Positions 49,201 to 57,900 of a stretch of 64,000 nucleotides of DNA are shown piece after piece (the first letter of the stretch is position 1; each line of letters opens with the position of its first letter). The stretch spans positions 6,661 to 70,660 of the forward strand of contig CAYOCH010000002.1 of the NCBI GenBank assembly GCA_964402535.1, written 5' to 3'. This DNA comes from an uncultured Candidatus Saccharibacteria bacterium (GTDB lineage: Bacteria > Patescibacteriota > Minisyncoccia > Phycocordibacterales > Phycocordibacteraceae). The translations under genes were made by a program, and so were the position numbers. The notes below the pieces were generated by a model. It did no database searches. It was given only the letters and a program-made list of their open reading frames with translations, and was not told where the DNA came from.

Positions 49201-52200
49201 ACACCGCGACAAACGGCGTCCCAGACGCGACCGTGATGAGCCTCTTGGGCAACGGCAACGTCGGCATCGGTTCGACCACGCCTGCCGCGACGCTCGCGGT
49301 GCAGGGCAACGGCCTCTTCTCGGGCAACATCACAGCCGCGAACATCACTGCGACTGGGACGCTCTCGACAACCGGCGCGATCTCGGCACCGTACTTCGTC
49401 GCGACGAACGCGCTCGCAACGAGCACGTTTGCAGGCGGCATCACGGGGCCGGGCAGCTTTGCGGTGCAGCAGACGACTGGCTATGTCGGCATCGGGACGA
49501 CGTCGCCGACGAGTGCACTCTATGTCGCGGGCAATGGCCTCACATCAAGCGTTATCACGGCTGACGGAGGCGCGAACTCTATATTCGGCCTCACCGTGCG
49601 GGGCTATCAGAACTGGGGCTCGGGTGTCGCCTACACCAACCAGACTGCAAACCGTACCTACGTCACGTATCAGGACACGACAGGTAATTTCAATATCTAC
49701 GACAGCACGGTGGGGAATCGGGTCACGGTGACTTCTACCGGCAGCGTCGGCATCGGCACCACGACTCCGTTCTATAAGCTTGAGGTGAACGGCACGGTCG
49801 AGGTCGCGAACGGGAGCGGTCTTTATGCGCTCTCGTCGAGCGGCACGCACTACCGGCTCGTGGACCTCGACGCGAGCAACGTCGTGAACATGGGCCCCAA
49901 CGGCTCGATCCAGATCGCGAACGGCGCGCCCTCGAGCGCGATCTTCGTGCAGAACACTGGCTCGGTCGGGATAGGCACGAATAGCCCTCAAGTGGCGCTG
50001 CATGTAGGGCCGACGGCAGCCGGCGCGAATGAGGTCGCAAGATTCGAACATGCGAACGCTGCGGGTTCATCCGGCATCACGATCTATCAGAATGGGACAC
50101 TAAAGGGCTCTCTCGGTACTGGCGACTTCGTGGCGACTGGGGGAGCCAACACAGACTTCGGCATCCAGTCTGCTGGCAACATGCTGTTCGCTACTGGCGG
50201 TACTGTCCAAAAAATGGTGCTGACATCAGGCGGCAATGTCGGCATCGGGTCGACCTCGCCCACGAGCCTCTTGAGCGTCTATGGCGCGGCGGGGGCGGCC
50301 ACCGTCACGATCGGCTCGCCCTCGAACTCTGCGCTCTTGACGCTCGATCGCGGCTCGAACACGCAGAACGCGACCTTTAACCTCAACACCGCGGGCGTGA
50401 ATTACGGCTACTTCGGCCTCGACACGAGCGCCAACTCGGTGACGCTCGCCTCGTCGAACAACAACCAGCTCACGGTCTCAGCGCACAACGCAAACCTCCT
50501 CCTGCGCGGCGGCACGAGCAACGGCATCATCATGCAGACCAACGGCAGCGCCGAGGCGATGCGCGTCACAAGCGGCGGCAACGTCGGCATCGGGTCGTCG
50601 ACGCCAAGCGCTGTCCTCGCGGTGTCGAACACGGCCGCGACCGCCGCCAACACGCCGCTCTTCACGATCGCTTCGACGACGGGCGGCACCTCCACGTCAA
50701 GCTTGATGACCGTTCTCGCGAACGGCAACGTCGGGATAGGTACGAGCAATCCGACCTCGCCGCTGTATGTATCGGGTGCGCCTGCGTTGCAGGCGGTCAT
50801 CGGCACGACGGCGAACACGCAGAACTGGATCTCTATCATCAAGTCGAGCAGTCAGACTGCGAGCTTCGGCATCCGCGCCAATAACTACGGCTTCCTCCAG
50901 GCGAACACCGGGATGCAGATCGAGAACTCGTCGTCGCAACCCTATATCGTGTTTGACGGGGTGAACGAAGGGATCGGCACCACGTCGCCATCTGCGACGC
51001 TCGCAGTGCAGGGCAATGGCCTCTTCTCGGGCAACATCACGGCTGCGAACATCACCGCGACGGGGACGCTCTCGACCACAGGAGCGATCTCGGCGCCCTA
51101 CTTCGTCGCGACGTCGCCGACCGCGACCTCAACCTTCGCGGGCGGCGCGACGTTCGCGACGAGCGGCGGCAACGTCGGTATCGGGACAGCGAATCCAGGC
51201 TACGCACTCGACGTCGCCGGTCTTGCGGGCATCAATGGGCGAGTGAAGCTTGGCGCCGGCAACGATCAGGTGGACATTGCGAACGGTGGCCTCGTGCTAC
51301 ATGACAGCGGCACAACTGCATATGTCGAGGCGCAGAATTCTAACAAGCCGCTCGTTCTCGGTACCAGTAACGCGGATATTCAATTCACTACAGGATTCGG
51401 CGTCACAGAGCTGATGAGGATCAAAGCGAACGGGAATGTGGGGATCGGCACGTCGACGCCCGCGGCTACGCTCGCGGTCGCGATGGCGAGCACAACACCG
51501 GCCTTCTATATCGGCGCGGCAGGGAGCTCGTCGCCCGCCTTCTATGTCGGCAGCGCGAACGGGAGCGGGCTCGTGGGTATCGGCACCTCGGCACCCGACC
51601 ATCCGCTCCAGATCACCGGCAACCCGCTACTCACGAGCGCGGTCGTGCGTGTGGGCGCCGTCGCGCAGAACGTCTCTGCATTGCGCGTGAAGGGCTACTT
51701 CAACGGCTTGAACGGCAATGAGGATGCCGGCGGCGTGAACGTCTACAACTACAACTCGGCCACGGTGCAGGCGACGCTCGGCGGCGACAGCGGCCTCTTC
51801 GCCTCGCCGCGCGGCACCAACCTCGTCGCGGCGATCGTCCGCGGCCTCACCGGCCAGACAGCCAATCTGCAAGAGTGGCAGGATGTGAACGGCAATCCGC
51901 TCTCTGTGATTACGAGCAGCGGCAACCTCGGCGTGGGCACCTCCTCGCCCGCGCAGGCGCTCTCGGTCGCGGGGACGGGCTACTTTGCGACGAATGTCGG
52001 CATCGGCGTGGCGAACCCGGGCGTATATAGCCTTATGGTGCAGGCGCCGACGATCGGCGGCCAAGTCTTCGGCGTCACTACGAATTATGGCAACAGCGGC
52101 AAGTTCGAAGTCAGCTTCAACAGCGGCAACGACCCGTTCGCTCACTTGACTACTAAGCAGGGTGGACAGATCGCCTACTACGACATGTACGACTCGGTCG

Positions 52201-54920
52201 GCAAGGCGATGCAGCTTGGTCAGACATTCGGCAACGGGATCAACCTCTCGGCCTCGACGAGCATCCAGATCGGCATCGACTCGAACAATCTCGGCACCGG
52301 CATGTTCGAGATCGCAAGAGGGAACACCTGGAACGGTCGCGCGGGCGTCGACGGCACCTCGCTCTTCAAGATCCTCAACAACGGCAACGTCGGCATCAGC
52401 AACACGAATCCCTCAACCCTCCTCGACGTGAACGGCACGACCACGCTGCGCAACCAGGTGTCGGTGAATGGGGCGAGCTTCTACGACAACACCGGCAAGA
52501 TCGGGCTCGGGGTCAAGATGACGAGCGACCTCAAGACTGCGCTCTATGTCACTGACAACTTTGCGGCGATGAGCGCGATCAATGGCGCATACATCTCATC
52601 GGTCATATACGGCGCCAATACGCAGCAAGGGAAGAACGCGTACTATGGAGCCATCAATGACCCGACGCTCTCGGTGAATATCCAAAACGGTTCCGGGTTC
52701 GTGAGCTATCTCAATAACACCAACAACACCGGCACCAACATCAATCACGGCGGTCTCTTCTATCAGAATCAGACTATGAATGTGGCCAACACCGGAACCG
52801 ATTATGGCTACACCTCGTACAACTACATGCAGAGCAGCGGCAACCCGACCTCGCTTGCGAATTATGTCGGCTTCTACTCTCGCGGGCAATTCGCGGTCGC
52901 GCCGGCGACGACGACCAACCAGTACGACTTCTATGCCGACAACTTCGTGGGGACAGGTAACGGCGCGGTCGTGAACCGCTACGGCGTCTATATCGGCTTC
53001 AACAGCACCGGCATCACGAACCCCTACGGCATCTATCAAGCGAGCCCGACTGTCCAGAACTACTTCGGCGGCAACGTGGGGATCGGCACCACGACGCCCC
53101 TCGCGAAGCTCGCAGTTCTCGGCACGGCAGAGCAGCTCCGTCTCAACTACGACGCGACGAACTACGCGAGCTTCACGGTGAGCAGCGCCGGCACGCTCAC
53201 TATTGCCCCCACGTCGAACGTAATGAATATCTCGGCGACGACACTGAATACGAATACGATCAACGTCGCCACCGGCAACGTCATCAATTTCAACGGGGTA
53301 GGCTACCTCCGCAGCCTGGGCGGCGTGTTTAACATCAATGACACCAACACGAACAACATCCTTCTCGCCAATGGTGGCGGCAACGTCGGCATCGGCACGT
53401 CGACACCTCAAAACAAGCTGACGATCGTCGGCGGGATCGGCACGTTCGTTAACACCAACTCCTCCTACCGAACCGACTGGGATGCCGGCTATATGATCAA
53501 CGACAAGCTTGCGATATCGAAGTACGGCGCAATTGGCCAGCTCTCGATCGACGCACAGGGTCAGTTCGGTTCGGTAATGGTCGGAAATATCGGCAACTAT
53601 GTGAGCAATTTGCTTGTGAGCGGCAACGTGGGGATCGGGACCACGACGCCTGGGAAGAAGTTGGTTATAGATAGCGGCTCGAATGGCAATAGCTTTGCGG
53701 CAAGCTTCAGCAATGGTGGAGCGGGCAGACCATATTGGCTGTATAATTTCCAGCAGCAGAATGTGCAGTGGACTTCTGGATTCGACATTGGAGGGAATAC
53801 AAACGACTTCTCCATCAGCAATACGTACTCTGGAACCCGAGATGTTTTCCACATCGAAAACACGGCGCCTGCGAATAGTTTTAGAATCCAAGCAAATACT
53901 GGCAATATCGGTATCGGTACGACGAGCCCTTCGACCCTCTTACACCTCTACTCGGCGAGTGCGCCATCGATAACGATTGAGTCGTCTGCTGCTGGCGGCG
54001 GCGCGACCGATAGGCGTCTCACCATCAATCAGAACAATGGAGGTACGGCGACACTCACCGCGATGGAGGATGAGAACAGCTCAACTCAGGCGGCGTTCAT
54101 CATCAACGCGACTAACAATCCGAGCAACGCCGCGCTCGCGATTCGGCCCATATTCGATCTGCAGAACGGCGGCAACAGCAAGCTCTTCGTCACAGCCGCA
54201 GGCAATGTCGGCATCGGCAGTACGTCGCCGAATACGAAACTTGTTGTCTCTGACAACAGCGGCCAGACGCTCATCGGCAGCATGGCCGCTTCGTACGGAT
54301 CCATCGGTTTCCAGCCGACCCTCACCACGTCCAATTTCGCGCTCGCCGGCAACACATCTGAAACGATACTTAATACGCTCGCGGGCACGTCGCTCAAGTT
54401 CCGCGTAGCGAACGCAGACAAGATGGTTATGGACCAAAACGGCAATGTCGGCATCGGCACCACGACACCTAGCAATAAGCTGACCGTCGCAGGCGGAGCA
54501 GACTTCGGTACGGCATACAGCCCGACTGGACAGACGATACGTCTAGCGCCGAGCGGAACGTTTTCAGAAGCGGATGTCATTTCTCAAGCGGTAGGATTGT
54601 CGATCTTCGCTAATCCGCAGGCCACAGCGCAGCCGTCATGGATCGACCCGCTTATGAGTCTCCCGAACGGGGCAGGACTGATGTCGACGACGGGAGTCGA
54701 TCTGATTTTGTCCGCGTCATCTCATGCTGGCGGCGGCGTCACGATCGCCGGATATCATAACGGCGCTGCACATGACATCAAGTTCTTCAACGACGGCAAC
54801 GAACAGATGCGCCTCACGACCGCTGGTAATCTCGGCATCGGGACCTCGACGCCGGGCGCGACGATGAACGTCTACTCGGGCGCCGGGACGCCGTGGAATA
54901 CCTACCCATCAGGCACCTGA
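43263..54920 (+). CDS. Giant fibre-like surface protein, N-terminal part (HTH + TM + GNVGIGT repeats)
   Basis: 3885 aa; excisionase-type HTH, hydrophobic helix, dozens of G(N)VGIGTTSP motifs; ends at an in-frame TGA. Confidence 0.85.
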   Translation: MKSKRETKGLISTRYAGKISGYTSAYLRRLARSGEIEGVQVGRVWMIRQASLIRFLDEQAKRKEELSKERARVHAEEYLSHQAPVKRVVAKIAKPIPVKNVDVEGLVSSSRSLVVTVVVALVAGTIAAQGLTPTLTRIAAQPAAALNAGEQIAVATYETIHGLFTSTTSALADLFAPAPTIVVPAPQIRVNKPPLAVASSSPTQTKPKQVAIAPILPAPYKEPAPVSYPTYVTTINGVSQSYVDAAVSAMRSGILATVSGMLAPVAQQTVVNQTTIQQVNMIQRLGGLIVDNGQFNGGTFDKGTMTNGIAVNAENATFTNLSAGNVNLGASNLATTTVSGDLTLSGVLSANTKAVAPYFVATASNATSTFAGGLAVGTQRLVVDSTTGRVGIGTTSPAQTLEVSSAGDWSGINITTTAAGNHQAISFNHPEGYPFQIFTSYTGGRPDTQFYVGSSGTVFMSSNKLAVNGGAIPSASEAALSVVPVGTEPGLNVKNNVNGSSSLLVTNLGKVGLASTTPWAQLSVNPNGITGPAFAIGSSTATNFVVTNGGQVGIGTTSPAYTFDVTGSARMDNLAVSQSGGFRAVTGSWAGSPSGDNLSWLAFGWADNTKYHRIRTCGFSNDNLCFDLINPSTHYLSITGQLNSVYGATIGYAAGTAGPTNGLAVSGSTGIGTTSPWAQLSVNPNGITGPAFAIGSSTATNFVVTNGGNVGIGTTSPQSTFVVNGTSQFTNNAVFNAQISVSQITSPNNLLIAAGGPLVQIAGHLVPQVTGTYDLGSASAGWRNVYVTGNVGIGTTSPSATLAVQGNGLFSGNLTASGNTYIGATSANTLTVNALVNSDITPSTNAVNSLGSPSFYWKNVYAANVIANNISAASTTIAGTASATFTINSGNATADTLDSSLVFFRGTVVPNAVLGWDSTNKRFTMNQPLFIQNASNNGGGVISLAVQGLAGQTADVLRIASSTGTSYLNVTAGGNVGIGTANPGSLFTVSGGSSGEQQVALFTSTGSANTKIAIENAAVGGHRWELRSTSTGTFDIVDRTAPAQRFVIDTAGNVGIGTTSPWAQLSVNPNGVTGPAFAIGSSTATNFVVTNGGQVGIGTTNPQQALHISTTNTYQGIFLNGNAAPSIGFAGWSGLTPAWKVGISGSAGSNLAISTGAANADLFNFTTAGNLGIGTTSPWAQLSVNPNGVTGPAFAIGSSTATNFVVTNGGQVGIGTSNPTLGTGSTTLEVYGNGGGFTQYGSLSLANTTNSGSSYSGSVDYYGATTLYGQIRTHVITGGPSGMSQIELSALNGGALNQVFTVGGTGSVTVGTANGVSSGYLGVYNSAGYGQTNTGIILGNMQTGAGSNIGVNFVDYAQNNIAQILGVYPGGTKAGSLAFSTGNGTSLNEAMRITSAGNIGIGTSTPAEKLDVAGRLSIEDISGNPPSAARSSFVFESNTDPLNTSVSALYVYPRTDTSKRFYFGTTTHQFYAVDFSNVLSITGVTSIQGAPNTQAIDFSSAAYDTTYGTATFDFKPTVDNTRPVVLRNSRVTDSATSVGFVLKTVNTLSNASAKLLTLDNNTTNLLTVMANGNVGIGTTSPFADLSIGGASNGTNPLFAVSTSTASATSTAFIIDKNGNVGIGTANPGQALTVNGEISLLGASGSSRGLLGAPTWDNSYVSLQNGSLSESAANSAINQNSLGDTIVNAATGRALHLRVGNTEQMSFNGTIAAFQNVNVGIGTTSPADNLDVYAPNNAGLAKIGLIRGDGAGYLTQWTYGPAGNGFLEIGENEAFNSSGSARVQFNTGAPSWFQQFNTNVDSYQIARIPAGGSTANVMLYIQSNGNVGIGTTSPSQALSVQGNGLFSGNITAANITATGTVTAANFSGPGVDPQGYGNYLSINPATQDLKFSRGGYWLNFNLTNNTPVITSQNNLLALPGITATSSVFTGYSAQQDVSRSTILSLTRQNTGARFQQAANFIMGGYDSAQTAHTQLDIALTNTATNGVPDATVMSLLGNGNVGIGSTTPAATLAVQGNGLFSGNITAANITATGTLSTTGAISAPYFVATNALATSTFAGGITGPGSFAVQQTTGYVGIGTTSPTSALYVAGNGLTSSVITADGGANSIFGLTVRGYQNWGSGVAYTNQTANRTYVTYQDTTGNFNIYDSTVGNRVTVTSTGSVGIGTTTPFYKLEVNGTVEVANGSGLYALSSSGTHYRLVDLDASNVVNMGPNGSIQIANGAPSSAIFVQNTGSVGIGTNSPQVALHVGPTAAGANEVARFEHANAAGSSGITIYQNGTLKGSLGTGDFVATGGANTDFGIQSAGNMLFATGGTVQKMVLTSGGNVGIGSTSPTSLLSVYGAAGAATVTIGSPSNSALLTLDRGSNTQNATFNLNTAGVNYGYFGLDTSANSVTLASSNNNQLTVSAHNANLLLRGGTSNGIIMQTNGSAEAMRVTSGGNVGIGSSTPSAVLAVSNTAATAANTPLFTIASTTGGTSTSSLMTVLANGNVGIGTSNPTSPLYVSGAPALQAVIGTTANTQNWISIIKSSSQTASFGIRANNYGFLQANTGMQIENSSSQPYIVFDGVNEGIGTTSPSATLAVQGNGLFSGNITAANITATGTLSTTGAISAPYFVATSPTATSTFAGGATFATSGGNVGIGTANPGYALDVAGLAGINGRVKLGAGNDQVDIANGGLVLHDSGTTAYVEAQNSNKPLVLGTSNADIQFTTGFGVTELMRIKANGNVGIGTSTPAATLAVAMASTTPAFYIGAAGSSSPAFYVGSANGSGLVGIGTSAPDHPLQITGNPLLTSAVVRVGAVAQNVSALRVKGYFNGLNGNEDAGGVNVYNYNSATVQATLGGDSGLFASPRGTNLVAAIVRGLTGQTANLQEWQDVNGNPLSVITSSGNLGVGTSSPAQALSVAGTGYFATNVGIGVANPGVYSLMVQAPTIGGQVFGVTTNYGNSGKFEVSFNSGNDPFAHLTTKQGGQIAYYDMYDSVGKAMQLGQTFGNGINLSASTSIQIGIDSNNLGTGMFEIARGNTWNGRAGVDGTSLFKILNNGNVGISNTNPSTLLDVNGTTTLRNQVSVNGASFYDNTGKIGLGVKMTSDLKTALYVTDNFAAMSAINGAYISSVIYGANTQQGKNAYYGAINDPTLSVNIQNGSGFVSYLNNTNNTGTNINHGGLFYQNQTMNVANTGTDYGYTSYNYMQSSGNPTSLANYVGFYSRGQFAVAPATTTNQYDFYADNFVGTGNGAVVNRYGVYIGFNSTGITNPYGIYQASPTVQNYFGGNVGIGTTTPLAKLAVLGTAEQLRLNYDATNYASFTVSSAGTLTIAPTSNVMNISATTLNTNTINVATGNVINFNGVGYLRSLGGVFNINDTNTNNILLANGGGNVGIGTSTPQNKLTIVGGIGTFVNTNSSYRTDWDAGYMINDKLAISKYGAIGQLSIDAQGQFGSVMVGNIGNYVSNLLVSGNVGIGTTTPGKKLVIDSGSNGNSFAASFSNGGAGRPYWLYNFQQQNVQWTSGFDIGGNTNDFSISNTYSGTRDVFHIENTAPANSFRIQANTGNIGIGTTSPSTLLHLYSASAPSITIESSAAGGGATDRRLTINQNNGGTATLTAMEDENSSTQAAFIINATNNPSNAALAIRPIFDLQNGGNSKLFVTAAGNVGIGSTSPNTKLVVSDNSGQTLIGSMAASYGSIGFQPTLTTSNFALAGNTSETILNTLAGTSLKFRVANADKMVMDQNGNVGIGTTTPSNKLTVAGGADFGTAYSPTGQTIRLAPSGTFSEADVISQAVGLSIFANPQATAQPSWIDPLMSLPNGAGLMSTTGVDLILSASSHAGGGVTIAGYHNGAAHDIKFFNDGNEQMRLTTAGNLGIGTSTPGATMNVYSGAGTPWNTYPSGT

Positions 54921-57900
54921 GCTGCGATCGTCAACCAGTCGCAGAACATTAGCGGCGGCAACGGCCTCGTGGTGGTCAACAAGTATCTCTCGGCCAACTC
55001 GACCACCTTCGAGGTTGGGACGATCAACGACAGCAACGGCGTCTACGCCTCATCGCTCAAGATCACGGGCGACAACGCGGTCCGCGTGCCGCTCACGCTC
55101 CAGCTCGGCAACTCGGGCGGCAACGTGACCAGTCTGCAGCTCGGCGCCAACACCTCGGTCGCGAGCGGCGCCGTGATCGCGAATATCTATAACGCCAGCA
55201 ATAATCCGGGCATCACGGTCGGTACGAGCCGCACCGACGGCACCGCCTTCACGGTCGCAAACGGGATCACTTATGACGCGAACAAGGTGCCGAACTCGGG
55301 CGGCACCGCGCTCCTCACCGTGCTCGGCGGCGGCAATGTTGGCGTGGGCACCACCTCGCCGTATGCGCTCCTCGCCCTCTCGAACTCAGTGTCGACGCCC
55401 GCTAACACGCCGTTCTTCACGATCTCGAGCACAACCGGCGGCACCTCTACCTCGACCCTCATGACCGTGCTCGCGAACGGGTACGTGGGCATCGGGACGG
55501 CGAGTCCGGGACGATTCCTGGATGTGGTGGCGAGTACCACTGCCGGGACAGAAATCGCGCGATTCACCAACACGCCTGTAAGCAATCGGTATATCTCTGT
55601 CCGCACGGTGGGCGCGTCTGATTTCGGCGGTGCGTACATCGGCGGGCCGATGTTGGACAGCAGTGATCCCCAGGTCATTTTCGGCAAGAATCTGTTACTG
55701 CCAAGTAACGGTGCGAATATAGCATTGGCTCAATCCAGCTTGACGAGTTCGTCTGCCGGGGGAACGGTGCTGACGAGCGGCGGATCGACGGCCCAAGCCG
55801 GGACAACTATCCAGCTGGGGAATAGCTCGACTTTCCAAGGGAATCTGTACGTTAAAGATGGGTCGGGGAACACGGTGATGACAGTCCAACCGACAGGTAA
55901 TGTCGGTATTGGTGCCACCGCACCAACCTCGCCCTTGACGGTCGTGACGCCCTCACTGTGGGGCAATGGGGCAGCAGGCGAGAATCTAGGCGTGACGGTC
56001 AACCCGTCGGCCAACGGCACGCTCTATGGGCTTTTTAACCTGACAAGTGTCACGGCCACGACCACGACCGGCAACGCGGCCGTCGTCGGCTCTCAGAACA
56101 CGGTGACGGCCACCAATAACAACGGCGGCAACACCACGCTCACCGCCGTCTCTGGGACGACGAACAACACCGGCGGTGGGAGCGCAAGCCAGATGACCGG
56201 CTTCTTTACGAATCCGGCGGTCTATAACACCGGTTCGTCGGTGAGCTCGCTCTATAACTTCTACGCAAACGACGTCTATCTCGGCAACGGCACCTCGCAG
56301 CCCTTCGGCTCGGTCAACAAGCTCTACGGCTATTATGTCGGTGCGCTCCAGAGCGCCTCGACCAACTACGGCCTCTTCTTCGCCAACAACCCGAACGGCG
56401 GCTCGATCGCCTCGGCCGCCTCGACCAACATCTCGATCCTGCCCGGCTCGGGCGGGAGCGTGGGGATCGGCACCACATCGCCGTGGGCACAACTTTCGGT
56501 CAACCCGAACGGGATCGCGGGCCCCGCCTTCGCGATCGGCTCCTCGACCGCGACGAACTTCGTCGTGACGAACGGCGGGAATGTGGGGATCAACACGGTT
56601 AACGCGACGAACGCTCTCACGTTCGGCGCGACAGGCGGCTATGAGATCTCGACGGAGCCGAACAATGCAAACGACCTCAACATCACGACGAACGCGACGA
56701 ACGGCGGCGGGATCTCTCTCGGTGCAAGAAACTCGAACAAATCGATCTATGTGAGTATCGGGGGTGGAGTCGGTATCGGCACGACCTCGCCGCGCGCCGC
56801 TCTTGAGATCGGCGGCAGCGCGAACCCGTCCGTCTACCTCAACTCGCAATATTCAACGCCGAGCACGATGCAGTGGTATATCCCGAACATCGCGACGATG
56901 TCGCTCGTCGCAAATGCGGTCGGGAACGAAAACGCAAACGCGCAGTGGGTCATGGACATGGGCTCTAGTGACGGCCTTACAGATTCTTTTGGCGTACTCC
57001 GCGCTAGTACCGTGGGTTCCACCCGCGTGCCGTTCTTCGTGGTGAACAACAACGGCAACACCGGCATCGGCACCACGACGCCGGGCGGCGACCTCTCGAT
57101 CGCAGGCAGCGCCGGCGGCACCAACCCGCTCTTCCTCATCTCTTCGAGTACCTCGGGCTACGCGACCTCGACCGCGTTCATGGTCGACAGTTACGGCAGC
57201 CTTGGCATCGGTCGGGTGCCGAACGCGCAGCTCTCAGTGGCTGGCGACGCCTATATCGGTACTGGCGCAGGCTCCTTCACCTTCACCTCCAACTACAACT
57301 TCAACGCACAAGGCACCAACTTCGGCCCGAGCCTCAACATCTCTGATGGCGATGCGACAAACCGCTGGGCCTCACTGCGCCTATCGACGGCGGGCGGTCA
57401 ATGGGAGATGGCCGACATGGGCGGGAACCTCGGATTCCTCCGCGGCTCGAACAATCGCGTAGTGATCGGTCGCTCCGATAGCAGCAATGCGAACCTGAAC
57501 GTCTACAACGACGCCAACACCATCCTCTTCACGGTTCAGCCGACGGGCTACGTCGGTATCGGTCCGAGCAACCCAGTTAATCAGCTCGACATCGGCATCG
57601 GGCCGTTCGCAACCGCCAAGACGGCCAACTTCAGCACCCTCAACATCGCGAACACGGCGACCTCCTCGTCGTCGTTCACGAAGACCGGCATGCAGATCTC
57701 ATCGACCGGCGCGTGGACAGGCCCGAACTACGGCCTCTATGTCTCGGCGGTCTCGGGCGGCACCAACAACTACGACGCGATCTTCAACGGCGGCGGCAAC
57801 GTCGGTATCGGCACCACGACGCCTTCGGATCTCTTGTCACTCGCTTCAACTAATCCGAGAATCGACCTGTTTGACACGAATGTTTCGGGTCCGGCGCGTG

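Noticed and set aside
54918-54920. UGA reassignment (code 25/4) or selenocysteine
   Set aside because: TGA ends core genes here (lexA, mreB, greA, mraZ); the context is not a redox motif, the hairpin is not a canonical SECIS, and no sel genes are in the window
44814-56590. CRISPR array or DGR template/variable repeats
   Set aside because: The repeats are in-frame coding, irregularly spaced and differ mostly at synonymous positions rather than specifically at adenines; no cas or reverse transcriptase gene in the window
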